Shown piece after piece: positions 28,022-39,150 of a DNA stretch of 64,000 bases. Source of the DNA: Desulfobacterales bacterium (lineage in GTDB: Bacteria > Desulfobacterota > Desulfobacteria > Desulfobacterales > UBA2174); assembly GCA_963668645.2 (NCBI GenBank), contig CAXXWC010000003.1:192001-256000 (forward strand). Reading direction: 5' to 3'. The first letter of the stretch is position 1; each line of letters begins with the position of its first letter. The translations under genes and the position numbers were made by a program. The notes beneath the pieces were generated by a model, which was not told the DNA's origin, did not search any database, and worked only from the letters and a program-made list of their open reading frames with translations.

Positions 28022-30685
28022 ATGAACGACAATGACCAATCTATGCTGGCCAAAGGGTATGAACCAAAAGACGTCGAAGACCGCTGGTACGCATTCTGGG
28101 AGCAGAATCAGGATTTTGCCGCCGAAGATAGCAGCCCGCGGCCGGCCTTCAGTATCGTCATCCCTCCGCCAAACGTCACCGGGGTGTTGCACATGGGCCA
28201 TGCCCTGAACAATACCCTCCAGGATATTCTGTGCCGTTACCGCCGCCTTCAGGGCGACAACGTATTGTGGATGCCCGGTACGGATCATGCCGGTATCGCC
28301 ACCCAGAATGTGGTGGAACGGGACCTGGCCGCCAAGGGGCTCGACCGCCACAGCCTCGGCCGGAAAAAATTTATCGAGGCCGTCTGGCAATGGCGCGAGC
28401 GCTACGGCAGCGCCATTATCAACCAGCTCAAACACCTGGGCGCCTCCTGCGATTGGCAGCGCGAGCGCTTCACCATGGACCAGGGGCTTTCCGAGGCCGT
28501 GCGCCGGGTGTTCGTGGAACTCTATGAGGCCGGACTGATCTACCGGGGCCACTACATCATCAACTGGTGCCCGCGCTGCCATACAGCCCTGGCGGACCTG
28601 GAGGTGGAGCACGAAGAGATCGAAGGCCGGCTCTATCACATCCGCTATCCGTTCCCGGGACGCGAGGATGGAATCGTGGTAGCCACCACCCGGCCCGAAA
28701 CCATGCTCGGAGACACGGCCGTTGCGGTGCATCCGGAAGACGACCGCTTCGCCGATCTGCCCGCCAGTACGGTGATCCTGCCGCTGATGGAGCGCGAGAT
28801 CCCCATCATCCGCGACACCTACGTGGACCGCGGGTTCGGCACCGGCGGACTCAAGGTAACCCCGGCCCACGATCCCAACGACTTCGAGCTGGGCCGCAAG
28901 CACGACCTGCCCGCTATCAAGGTGATCGGCGATGACGGGTGCATGAGCGCCGAAGCCGGCCCGTATGCCGGCCAGGACCGCTTCGCCTGCCGCCGCCAGG
29001 TGCTGGCCGATCTCGAGGCCCGGGGCCTGCTGGTCAAGACCGAAAAACTGCTCCACAGCGTGGGCCACTGCTACCGCTGCAAAACGGCAGTGGAGCCGAA
29101 CCTGTCCCTGCAATGGTTCGTGAGTGCCCGCCCCCTGGCCGAAGCGGCCATTCAGGCCGTGGAAGACGGTCGCACGAAGATCATCCCCGAGGCCTGGTCC
29201 AAGACCTACTTCGAGTGGATGCACAACATCCGCGACTGGTGCATTTCGCGCCAGATCTGGTGGGGGCACCAGATTCCGGCCTGGACCTGCCAGGGCTGCG
29301 GCGAGTTGACCGTGGCCATAGAAACACCGACGACATGCCCCAAATGCGGATCCGGCGACATGGAGCAGGAAACCGACGTGCTCGACACCTGGTTCAGCTC
29401 GGCCCTATGGCCGTTTTCGACAATGGGCTGGCCCCGGCAGACCGATCTGCTCAAGACCTTTTATCCGACAAGCGTGCTGGTCACCGGCTTTGACATCCTC
29501 TTTTTCTGGGTGGCCCGCATGATGATGATGGGCCTCTATTTCATGAAGGACGTGCCCTTTCGCAACGTCTACGTCCATGCCCTGGTGCGCGACGAAGACG
29601 GCAAGAAGATGAGCAAGTCCAAGGGCAACGTCATCGACCCGCTCACGGTGATCGACGAGTACGGCACCGACGCTTTCCGCTTCACCCTGGCCGCCTTCGC
29701 GGCCCAGGGCCGCGACATCAAGATGAGCCTCAAGCGGGTCGAGGGCTACCGCAATTTTATCAACAAACTGTGGAATGCGGCCCGATTTTCCCTGATGCAC
29801 CTCGAACGGCCCTATCAACGGATAACCGGCGTACTGGATCTGCCCGAACGCTGGATCCTGTCACGCCTGGCCTGCACAACCCGCGATGTGACCCTCGCCC
29901 TGGACGAGTACCGCTTCAACGATGCGGCCGGCACGGTGTATAACTTTTTATGGCACGAGTTCTGCGATTGGCATCTTGAGGCGAGCAAGGCCGACCTGTA
30001 CAACGATGCAGACCCCCAGCGCCAGCAAACCGCCCGCCAGGTGCTGTGGCGGGTTGTGCACGACAGCCTGGTGCTGCTCCATCCGTTCATCCCTTTTATA
30101 ACCGAGGAGATCTGGCACAAGCTGCCCGGCACCCAGGGCTCGATCATGCACGCCGCCTGGCCCGGAAAGCAAGAGGACGCCGCCGTGCGTATCGACGCCG
30201 AGGTCGAATCCGCCATGGGCCTGGTGATGGGTGTAATCACCGGAATCCGTAACATCCGCGGCGAAATGAATATTTCTCCGGGCATGGCCCTGGCCGTCCA
30301 GGTTCAGGCCCCTGAAGCCGCCACCCGCAACCTGATCGAGGGCCAACGCAACCTGATCATGCAGCTCTCGCGCCTTTCCGACCTGGCCATCGCCGAAGCG
30401 GGCGCCAAACCACGGGCCGCGGCCACCGCCATCGTGGACGGCGCCGTCGTGTATGTCTCGCTGGCCGGCGTCATCGATTTCAACAAGGAGATCGAAAGGC
30501 TGGAAAAAGAAATGGCCAAGCTGGGCAAGGAACTCAATGCCATGGCCAAGAAGCTCAACAACGACGATTTTCTGGCCAAGGCCCCGGCAGAGGTGGTGGC
30601 CGGCGTGCGCGAAAAGCACGCCGCACTCAGCGACAAACAACACAAAATCGAAACCACCTTGGAACGGATCCGGGAGATGGCATAA
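28022..30685 (+). CDS. valS: Valine--tRNA ligase
   Basis: PPPNVTGVLHMGH, DWCISRQIWWGH, KMSKS, C-terminal coiled coil. Confidence 0.98.
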   Translation: MNDNDQSMLAKGYEPKDVEDRWYAFWEQNQDFAAEDSSPRPAFSIVIPPPNVTGVLHMGHALNNTLQDILCRYRRLQGDNVLWMPGTDHAGIATQNVVERDLAAKGLDRHSLGRKKFIEAVWQWRERYGSAIINQLKHLGASCDWQRERFTMDQGLSEAVRRVFVELYEAGLIYRGHYIINWCPRCHTALADLEVEHEEIEGRLYHIRYPFPGREDGIVVATTRPETMLGDTAVAVHPEDDRFADLPASTVILPLMEREIPIIRDTYVDRGFGTGGLKVTPAHDPNDFELGRKHDLPAIKVIGDDGCMSAEAGPYAGQDRFACRRQVLADLEARGLLVKTEKLLHSVGHCYRCKTAVEPNLSLQWFVSARPLAEAAIQAVEDGRTKIIPEAWSKTYFEWMHNIRDWCISRQIWWGHQIPAWTCQGCGELTVAIETPTTCPKCGSGDMEQETDVLDTWFSSALWPFSTMGWPRQTDLLKTFYPTSVLVTGFDILFFWVARMMMMGLYFMKDVPFRNVYVHALVRDEDGKKMSKSKGNVIDPLTVIDEYGTDAFRFTLAAFAAQGRDIKMSLKRVEGYRNFINKLWNAARFSLMHLERPYQRITGVLDLPERWILSRLACTTRDVTLALDEYRFNDAAGTVYNFLWHEFCDWHLEASKADLYNDADPQRQQTARQVLWRVVHDSLVLLHPFIPFITEEIWHKLPGTQGSIMHAAWPGKQEDAAVRIDAEVESAMGLVMGVITGIRNIRGEMNISPGMALAVQVQAPEAATRNLIEGQRNLIMQLSRLSDLAIAEAGAKPRAAATAIVDGAVVYVSLAGVIDFNKEIERLEKEMAKLGKELNAMAKKLNNDDFLAKAPAEVVAGVREKHAALSDKQHKIETTLERIREMA

Positions 30686-30689
30686 CACC

Positions 30690-31520
<831 letters not shown>

Positions 31521-31551
31521 ACAGCACCACAAGAAAGCATCACCAAGGCCT

Positions 31552-32520
31552 ATGATCCCCATCCGCGACACCCAGCCGGCCGAACACGTGGCGGTGGTCA
31601 ACAGGACCCTGATCGCCATCAACGTGGCCGTGTTCCTGGTCCAGCTGGCCCAGGGCGGAGAGATTGCGCGGTTCAACTATTTCTACGGCCTGGTGCCGGC
31701 GCGCTATACGGTGGACCATATCGGCCACTACTTTTCTCTTGGCCAACAGGCGCTGGCGCTGCTCTCCTTCATGTTCCTGCACGGCGGATTCTGGCACATT
31801 CTGGGCAACATGTGGTCGTTGTACATCTTCGGCGACAACGTCGAAGACCACCTCGGCCCGCTGCGTTATCTGGCCTTTTACCTGGCCTGCGGATTGGTTT
31901 CAGGCATCACCCATGTGATCTTCAATCCCTACTCCAACATCCCCACCGTGGGCGCCAGCGGGGCCATCGCCGGGGTCATGGGGGCTTATTTTCTATTGTA
32001 TCCGCGCGCCAAGATCCTCACCCTGGTGCCGATCCTCTTCTTTCCGCTCTTTTTGCAGATACCGGCCTTTATCTTCATCGGCCTCTGGTTCGTGTTCCAG
32101 GTCATCAGCGCCGCCGGCAGCAGCGGGGCCGGCGGCATCGCCTGGTGGGCGCATATCGGCGGGTTCCTGGCCGGCGTGCTGCTCTGCAAGCTTTCGGGCC
32201 GCTTGCCCGGCGCAGGATTCACCCGGCGCCTGGATCCCGTGATCACCCGCCGGCGCACCGACCGCCTGCAGATGGTGCGGCCGGCCCCGAAAGCCGACGA
32301 TCCCCACCTTTACGGCACCATCTCGGTGACATCCGGCGAGGCCAGCCAAGGAACCACCAAACTGGTCAATGTACCCTGGGGGCTTCACAAGCGTCTGATC
32401 CGCGTCACTATCCCGCCGGGCATGGGCGACGGCAGCCGCCTGCGGCTCAAGGGATTGGGCCGCTGGACCCCTGAAGGGCTCAGGGGCGACCTTTACCTCA
32501 AGGTGGTCTACAAGGGATAG
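31552..32520 (+). CDS. Rhomboid intramembrane protease fused to DnaJ C-terminal-like domain
   Basis: MFLHGGFWHILGNM, GASGAIAG, WWAHIGGF; tail VTIPPGMGDGSRLRLKGLG...RGDLYLKV. Confidence 0.88.
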   Translation: MIPIRDTQPAEHVAVVNRTLIAINVAVFLVQLAQGGEIARFNYFYGLVPARYTVDHIGHYFSLGQQALALLSFMFLHGGFWHILGNMWSLYIFGDNVEDHLGPLRYLAFYLACGLVSGITHVIFNPYSNIPTVGASGAIAGVMGAYFLLYPRAKILTLVPILFFPLFLQIPAFIFIGLWFVFQVISAAGSSGAGGIAWWAHIGGFLAGVLLCKLSGRLPGAGFTRRLDPVITRRRTDRLQMVRPAPKADDPHLYGTISVTSGEASQGTTKLVNVPWGLHKRLIRVTIPPGMGDGSRLRLKGLGRWTPEGLRGDLYLKVVYKG

Positions 32521-32552
32521 GGACCCGGGCGGCATCCCCTCGCCGGGGGGGA

Positions 32553-33467
32553 TCATTTGAGGGTCAGGGAATAGCTTTTAACCATTTCAATCGGATGGTA
32601 GGAGCGTTTGGCTTGGGCCAGGCCGGGCAGCGACATGTCGCTTTCCTTGTTGATCAAAGGTTTGCCGTCGAACAGCTCGCGGGCACAGGCCCGGTCGAAG
32701 TACTGGTAGAGGCCTTTGATGTCGGGAAAGGCCTTTTCGAACATCAGCACCCCCATCTCGGCGGTGAGCGGGCCGGACACGGCCATGGCGCTCACCTTGC
32801 CGTCGACGCGCACCAACAGCCCCCGCCCCTCTACCTTCGAAAGATTCTCCAGGCCGTTGACCGCAGCGAGTTTTTCGCAGGTCAGATCGTCCTCATGGTC
32901 TTCCACCCCACAATCGCGCATTTCGCACCAGCGATCGAGAAAGGCGATGCACTCGGGCACATCCTCAGGGCGGATCGGCTCCAGCCGGCTGCGGCCGGTT
33001 TGCACATAAACCTCTTCAAATTGGTGGATGAGGTTGCGCTTTTTGTGAAAATGCCGCCCGGGCAGCTCGGCCAGATCGCCGCGCCGATAGATGTAATCGT
33101 GGAGCCCATCCTGTTCGCTGACCGCAAAGTAGCGCTCCAGCGAAGAAAGCCCCTGGAGTTCAACATAATCCTGGGGCACGAACCAGAAGGCATCGAAGCC
33201 GACCCGTCCGGCCAGCCGATGCAGTGTATCAGGATCCGGCACCTTTCCCGGGCACAGCGGCAAAAGCAGATGGCGCCTTTCACGGTGTTTGAAAAACTCG
33301 GCGGCCACCACCAGCCAGCCGTCTTCTACGGCAAACTGAGGTTGAAAAAAACAGGTCTGCCAAGCGATGATCGAAGGCAGGCTGTAGGCACAGAGCCGGT
33401 GGGCCTGGCCGTCAAAAAAAGGCTTCAGACGCGAATAATATTCACAGGTCAATGGTTCGAGAGTCAT
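32553..33467 (-). CDS. DUF2156 / GNAT-fold protein
   Basis: DYIYRRGDLAELPGRHFHKKRNLIHQF, FEKA..IKGLYQ, INKESDMSLPGLAQAKRSYHP. Confidence 0.85.
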   Translation of the reverse strand: MTLEPLTCEYYSRLKPFFDGQAHRLCAYSLPSIIAWQTCFFQPQFAVEDGWLVVAAEFFKHRERRHLLLPLCPGKVPDPDTLHRLAGRVGFDAFWFVPQDYVELQGLSSLERYFAVSEQDGLHDYIYRRGDLAELPGRHFHKKRNLIHQFEEVYVQTGRSRLEPIRPEDVPECIAFLDRWCEMRDCGVEDHEDDLTCEKLAAVNGLENLSKVEGRGLLVRVDGKVSAMAVSGPLTAEMGVLMFEKAFPDIKGLYQYFDRACARELFDGKPLINKESDMSLPGLAQAKRSYHPIEMVKSYSLTLK

Positions 33468-33559
33468 TTCAATGTCGCGTTGTGAGATGTTGCTGGTTGT
33501 GTTGTCGGTTCATATTCGAACGGCGTCGCCTTCCTGCCGGCCGGACAACCTGTTCTTGG

Positions 33560-33976
33560 TCATGTTGTTTTTCTCCGCATGGGAAGCGCATCGGCCATCC
33601 CTTCGAAGCCGAGGGGACCATAGAGGGGGGACGTGTTGCGCTCGGCCACCAGCCCGATCCACACCAGGCCGTCGCTTTCCAGTCGCGCCACGATCCGCCG
33701 CACGATCCCGCTGCCGATTCCTCTGTGGCGAAAATCCGGGCTTACCGTCACGTCCTGGATCCACGCATCGCTGGCCCGATCGCTGATGGCCCGTCCCATC
33801 GCCACGATGGACGGGCCGTGGCGGGCCACCACGAAGCAGTGGCTGCCGACGACAATCCGCCGCACAAGCTCCGGATCGTCAGGACCGGTTCCCCACCAGT
33901 CCGCAGCGCGGTAAAGCGTAATGATTTGCCTCAGGTCGGCGGCATCCGGATTTTGAAGAAAACTGAAGACAATCAT
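33560..33976 (-). CDS. GNAT-family N-acetyltransferase
   Basis: MGRAISD, IQDVTVSPDFRHRGIG, LYGPLGF. Confidence 0.9.
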   Translation of the reverse strand: MIVFSFLQNPDAADLRQIITLYRAADWWGTGPDDPELVRRIVVGSHCFVVARHGPSIVAMGRAISDRASDAWIQDVTVSPDFRHRGIGSGIVRRIVARLESDGLVWIGLVAERNTSPLYGPLGFEGMADALPMRRKTT

Positions 33977-34004
33977 AAATGCAGGATTGGTGTTGCCATC
34001 AGGC

Positions 34005-34934
34005 TTAAAGCAGGGTTACCCGGTTGCGGCCGCTTTGCTTGGATGTGTACATGGCTTGATCGGCCCGATGAACGAACTCGGATCGTTTCTCACCCGGGAG
34101 ATACTGGGTTACTCCGATACTGATGGTCAACTGGACGCTGTGGTCCTCAATGGGATAAAAACGCTTGGCGTGAACACTGTCCTTGATCCGGTTGGCCACT
34201 GTCATTGCTTCCGAACCGTTGGTTTCCGGTAAAATCACGGTAAATTCTTCTCCGCCATAACGGAAGGCCGCATCCATGTGCCGCAGGCATTCATTGATCA
34301 ACTGGCCGAAGCAGATCAAGACCTTGTCACCTTCCAGATGGCCGTAGTTATCATTGTACCCCTTGAAATAGTCAATGTCCATCAACAACAGGGCCAGCGC
34401 GTGTCTATAGCGCATGCAGCGCCCCACCTCAAGCTCCAACTGGTGGTAAAAATGGCGCGAGTTGTACAATTTCGTCAGCCCGTCAGTAATGGCGAGTTCC
34501 TGGAGCTTTTGCACCATCTGGTCCCGCTCATGCCTAAGGGCGCGTTCTCGCAGGACCCGCCTGATCCGCAGCAGCAGCTCTTGGAAGCGCACCGGCTTGA
34601 AGACAAAATCGCTGGCGCCCTTGCCCACGGCCTCCTCGTAGGAGTAGTCACCGCTGTATCCGGTCATCACGATCACATCGCTATCGTGGTGGCGCTGGAT
34701 CTGGTCGGTCAATTCCAGTCCATCCATGCCAGGGAGCATGATGTCGGTGACCACCAAGTCCATGGGGACGGTGCGCAGCAGATCAAGCGCTTCTTCAGCG
34801 CTGCCCGCCGAATAGGAAGAATAGCCCACCCTTCGAACCAGCTCCTGCATCGAAGCGCGAATAGCGTCTTCATCGTCGACGATCAAAACATTGCCGCGCT
34901 CACTGCCGGCGGACTCAGAGAGAATTTCAGTCAT
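34005..34934 (-). CDS. Response regulator-diguanylate cyclase (REC-GGDEF)
   Basis: VLIVDD, TDIMLPGMDG, KP; DGLTKLYN, DIDYFK, RYGGEEF preceded by RxxD I-site (RHMD). Confidence 0.93.
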   Translation of the reverse strand: MTEILSESAGSERGNVLIVDDEDAIRASMQELVRRVGYSSYSAGSAEEALDLLRTVPMDLVVTDIMLPGMDGLELTDQIQRHHDSDVIVMTGYSGDYSYEEAVGKGASDFVFKPVRFQELLLRIRRVLRERALRHERDQMVQKLQELAITDGLTKLYNSRHFYHQLELEVGRCMRYRHALALLLMDIDYFKGYNDNYGHLEGDKVLICFGQLINECLRHMDAAFRYGGEEFTVILPETNGSEAMTVANRIKDSVHAKRFYPIEDHSVQLTISIGVTQYLPGEKRSEFVHRADQAMYTSKQSGRNRVTLL

Positions 34935-35163
34935 TTAATCGGTGGCTCCCGCATCTATTGCATATGCATAACGGACAGGATATCCTTGACACATTCTAAC
35001 GGGATCTGTTAGAAGTTTCTGTTTTTACAATAATCAATTCAAATGACTAAGAAACATATCGAGAAAGATTACCGCTGTCAACCGGCCTTTTCATGACAGT
35101 TTTTATAATATATGGTCAAAGCCGGCGCTGCCTTAATGAATGGCGTTCTGCCGTGGATTTCAA

Positions 35164-36960
35164 ATGAAACACATACGCAATTTTTCGATCATCGCCCACA
35201 TCGACCACGGCAAGTCGACGCTCTCGGACCGGCTCATAGAGCGTAGCGGCATCATCAGCGCGCGCGAGTTCAAGGACCAGATCCTCGACAGCATGGACAT
35301 CGAGCGCGAACGCGGCATCACCATCAAGAGCCAGACCGTTTGCCTGCCCTACAAAGCGGCCGATGGCCAAATCTACAACCTCAACCTGATCGACACTCCG
35401 GGGCACGTGGACTTTGCCTACGAGGTCTCGCGAGCCCTCAAATCCTGCGAAGGGGCACTACTGCTCATCGACGCCAGTCAGGGAGTCGAAGCCCAGACCC
35501 TGGCCAATCTTTACCTGGCACTGGAGCACGATCTGGAAATCATCCCGGTGATCAATAAAATCGACCTGCCGGCGGCCGATGTTGACAGGGTTCGCCAGCA
35601 GATCGCCGACGATCTGGGACTGGATCCGGAAGGGGCGATTCTGGCATCGGCCAAGGAAGGGATCGGCATCGATGCGATTCTCGAAGCGGTGGTGCACAAG
35701 CTGCCGCCGCCGGCAGGTGACGCCCAAAAGCCTTTGCGCTGCCTGATCTTCGATTCGCACTATGATCCGTTCCGGGGCACCGTGATCCATTTTCGGGTCT
35801 TCGACGGCTGCATCCGGCCCGGCGATGTCATCCGCTTCATGTCCAACAACGCCATCTACAAGGTCGAAGAGGTGGGCGTGTTCCAGATCGAGCGCAAGCC
35901 GCGTAGCGAGCTGAAGGCCGGGGAAGTGGGATATCTGATCGCCGGCATCAAGACGGTGAGCGATACGCGCTGCGGCGATACCATCACCCACGATCGGCGC
36001 CCCTGCGACCGGCCACATGGCGGGTTCAAGGAAGCCAAGCCGGTGGTCTTCTCCTCGATCTATCCGGTGGCCTCCGACGACTACGAAGAACTGGCCATCG
36101 GGCTGGAAAAACTCAAGCTCAACGATGCCAGCCTGATCTATGAAAAGGACAGCAGCGTGGCCCTCGGATTCGGGTTCCGCTGCGGATTTCTCGGGCTGCT
36201 GCACCTGGAAGTGGTCCAGGAACGTCTCGAACGCGAATACGATCTGTCGCTGATCCTCACCGCCCCTTCGGTGCGCTACGAAGTGGACCTGAAAAGCGGC
36301 GACACCATGGTGATCGACAACCCGTCCCTCTACCCGGACCCGACCCTGATCGAAGCCACCCGTGAGCCCTTCATCAAGGCGGCCATCATCACCCCGGACC
36401 GCTACATGGGCGCCATCATGAAGCTCTGTCTGGACCGGCGGGGAATCAACAAAAACTATCAGTACCTGACCAGCAGCCGCCTGGAGATGATCTTCGAGCT
36501 GCCTCTGGCCGAGGTGATCTACGACTTTTACGACCGGCTCAAGTCCATCACCCAGGGCTACGGGTCCTTCGATTACGAGATCACCGACTACCGCCAGACC
36601 GATCTGGTCAAAGTGGACATCCTGATCAACGGCGAGCGGGTCGATGCCCTGAGCCAGCTCGTACACCGCGAACGGGCCGTGGAACGCGCCCGCCACGCCT
36701 GCGAGAAGCTGCGCGAGGAGATCCCGCGCCAGATGTTCAAGATCGCCATTCAGGGCGCCATCGGCGGCACCATCATCGCCCGCACCACCGTGTCTCCCTT
36801 TCGCAAGGACGTGACGGCCAAGTGCTACGGGGGAGACATCACGCGCAAGCGCAAGCTGCTCGAAAAACAAAAAAAGGGCAAAAAGCGCATGAAGATGGTG
36901 GGCAAGGTGGAAATCCCCCAGTCGGCCTTCCTTTCGGTGCTGCGCACGGACAGCGATTAG
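35164..36960 (+). CDS. lepA: Translation elongation factor 4
   Basis: IRNFSIIAHIDHGKSTL, GFRCGFLGLLH, KCYGGDITRKRKLLEKQK. Confidence 0.98.
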   Translation: MKHIRNFSIIAHIDHGKSTLSDRLIERSGIISAREFKDQILDSMDIERERGITIKSQTVCLPYKAADGQIYNLNLIDTPGHVDFAYEVSRALKSCEGALLLIDASQGVEAQTLANLYLALEHDLEIIPVINKIDLPAADVDRVRQQIADDLGLDPEGAILASAKEGIGIDAILEAVVHKLPPPAGDAQKPLRCLIFDSHYDPFRGTVIHFRVFDGCIRPGDVIRFMSNNAIYKVEEVGVFQIERKPRSELKAGEVGYLIAGIKTVSDTRCGDTITHDRRPCDRPHGGFKEAKPVVFSSIYPVASDDYEELAIGLEKLKLNDASLIYEKDSSVALGFGFRCGFLGLLHLEVVQERLEREYDLSLILTAPSVRYEVDLKSGDTMVIDNPSLYPDPTLIEATREPFIKAAIITPDRYMGAIMKLCLDRRGINKNYQYLTSSRLEMIFELPLAEVIYDFYDRLKSITQGYGSFDYEITDYRQTDLVKVDILINGERVDALSQLVHRERAVERARHACEKLREEIPRQMFKIAIQGAIGGTIIARTTVSPFRKDVTAKCYGGDITRKRKLLEKQKKGKKRMKMVGKVEIPQSAFLSVLRTDSD

Positions 36961-37075
36961 CAAAAAGCCAAATCGCTCGGTATCGGCGATAATAGCCGAA
37001 GCCAGAGTGAAAGAACCCGCAATCGTGATTTTTTGCCTCGCAGGCCCGAGGCCTGCGATTTGGAGCTGAAACCCC

Positions 37076-38356
37076 ATGGGAAAAACCATCGCCCGCAAAA
37101 TTTTCGACGCCCACCGCATCGACCGGCCGGCCGAAGGGATCGAGATTATCCGCCTGGATGCGGTTTTCTGCCACGAAATCACCACCCCCATCGCCATCAA
37201 CGACTTGGCGGCCAAGGGCAAGGACCGGGTCTTCGACCCGGCCCGCATCAAGGCCGTCATCGACCATGTCAGCCCTGCCAAGGACGGCAAAACCGCGGCC
37301 CAGGGCAAGGTGCTGCGCGACTGGGCCCGGCGCCACGCCATCGAAGATTTTTTCGACATCGGCCGCAACGGGGTCTGCCACGCGCTCTTTCCGGAAAAGG
37401 GTTTCGTGCGGCCGGGCATGACCGTTATTATGGGTGATTCGCACACCTGCACCCACGGCGCCTTCGGCGCCTTTGCGGCCGGGGTGGGCACCACCGACCT
37501 AGCGGTGGGCATCCTCAAGGGGGTCTGCGCTTTTCACAGCCCCGAGACGATCAGGATCGAGATCGCCGGCACCCTGCCGGCCGGTGTGTCGGCCAAGGAC
37601 GTCATATTGTCGATCATCGGCCGCATCGGCGTCAACGGGGCCACAGACCGGGTCATCGAATTTGCCGGCCCGGTGGTCGAAGCCCTGAGCATGGAAGGGC
37701 GCATGACCCTTTGCAACATGGCCATCGAGGCCGGGGGCACCTGCGGGATCTGCCGCCCAGACCAAGTCACCGTGGATTACCTGTGGCCCTTTATCAGTGA
37801 TCAATATCCCGCCCCCCAGGCGGCCCTGGAGGAATTTAAAAACTGGTGGCCCGACCCGGATGCCGCATATCAGCAAACGATCGTTCACGATGTGAGCGAT
37901 CTTAAGCCCCTGTCGACCTTCGGCTTCAAGCCCGACCAGGTGCGCCCGGCTGGGGAGATGACCTCAGTGGCGGTGGACCAAGTTTACATCGGGTCGTGCA
38001 CCAACGGACGCATCGAGGATTTGCGAGCCGCGGCGGCTGTACTAGCGGGCCGGACGATCCATCCCCGAGTGCGCGGAATCCTCTCGCCGGCCACCCCCGG
38101 GGTCTATGCCCAGGCCCTGGCCGAAGGGCTGATCGAAACCTTTCTGGCCGCCGGGTTCTGCGTCACCAACCCCACCTGCGGGGCCTGTCTGGGAATGAGC
38201 AACGGGATTTTGGCCGAGGGCGAAGTGTGTGCCTCGACCACCAACCGCAACTTCGCCGGGCGCATGGGCAAGGGCGGGATGGTGCACCTGGTCAGCCCGG
38301 CCACGGCGGCGGCCACTGCCGTCGCCGGGCATATCTGCCCGGCCGGAGCTTTATGA
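37076..38356 (+). CDS. leuC: 3-isopropylmalate dehydratase / homoaconitase large subunit
   Basis: GDSHTCTHGA, IGSCTNGR, CGACLG, STTNRNF.GRMG. Confidence 0.9.
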   Translation: MGKTIARKIFDAHRIDRPAEGIEIIRLDAVFCHEITTPIAINDLAAKGKDRVFDPARIKAVIDHVSPAKDGKTAAQGKVLRDWARRHAIEDFFDIGRNGVCHALFPEKGFVRPGMTVIMGDSHTCTHGAFGAFAAGVGTTDLAVGILKGVCAFHSPETIRIEIAGTLPAGVSAKDVILSIIGRIGVNGATDRVIEFAGPVVEALSMEGRMTLCNMAIEAGGTCGICRPDQVTVDYLWPFISDQYPAPQAALEEFKNWWPDPDAAYQQTIVHDVSDLKPLSTFGFKPDQVRPAGEMTSVAVDQVYIGSCTNGRIEDLRAAAAVLAGRTIHPRVRGILSPATPGVYAQALAEGLIETFLAAGFCVTNPTCGACLGMSNGILAEGEVCASTTNRNFAGRMGKGGMVHLVSPATAAATAVAGHICPAGAL

Positions 38357-38480
38357 GGTTTATCAAAGGTATCCGAGCCGCGCTCGACCAGAAGATCGAT
38401 ACTGAGCATTAATACCGGAAACGTTTCAACACGCCACGAAAACAACAGCCGATAAGGCTCACCGAACGACAGGAGCACCG

Positions 38481-39005
38481 ATGAAAACCTTCGGCGGCAA
38501 GGTTCTATTTCTGGACCGTAGCGACATCAACACCGACGAGATCATCCCGGCTCGTTATCTGACAGAGATGACCCGCGAGGCCCTCAAGCCCTATCTGCTC
38601 GAAGACCTGGAGATGGAAGAATTCGACCCGGCGCGGGATCTCGGCCAGGCGGGCGCCATCCTCACGCGGGCCAACTTCGGCTGCGGATCGAGCCGCGAGC
38701 ACGCCCCCTGGGCCCTGGAAGTCAACGGAATCAACCTGGTGATCGCCGAGAGTTACGCGCGCATCTTCCGCCAGAACATGTTCAACTGCGGCCTGCTGGC
38801 CGTGACCCTGGCCCCCGAAACCATCGGGCGCATCTTCGAAGAGTTCGCCGCATTGCCCACCACGGTCAGCGCCGATCTGACCGCCGGTCTGCTGCGTTTT
38901 AACGCCGACGGCCTGCAGCAGGAAATCCCCTTTGCCACATCGCCCTTCGACCGGGCACTGGTGGAAGCCGGCGGATGGGTGGACTACGCCGACGGGCGCT
39001 ACTGA
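38481..39005 (+). CDS. leuD: 3-isopropylmalate dehydratase small subunit
   Basis: DINTDEIIPARYL, NFGCGSSREHAPWAL. Confidence 0.92.
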   Translation: MKTFGGKVLFLDRSDINTDEIIPARYLTEMTREALKPYLLEDLEMEEFDPARDLGQAGAILTRANFGCGSSREHAPWALEVNGINLVIAESYARIFRQNMFNCGLLAVTLAPETIGRIFEEFAALPTTVSADLTAGLLRFNADGLQQEIPFATSPFDRALVEAGGWVDYADGRY

Positions 39006-39150
39006 TTCTTCAATACCGCATTCGCAGAGTACCACTGCGAGGTGATGTTCGGCATCATCGGTTTTTCGAAAAGGGTCCGCAACCCACACCCAACCTTAGT
39101 AATTCTCGGTGAGGCCCAGATGGTTGGTGCCAGTTTCGAAAGGCAGCAGG

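Noticed and set aside
36961..37075. Leucine attenuator upstream of leuC
   Set aside because: Two hairpins are present, but no Leu-rich leader peptide or U-tailed terminator is evident
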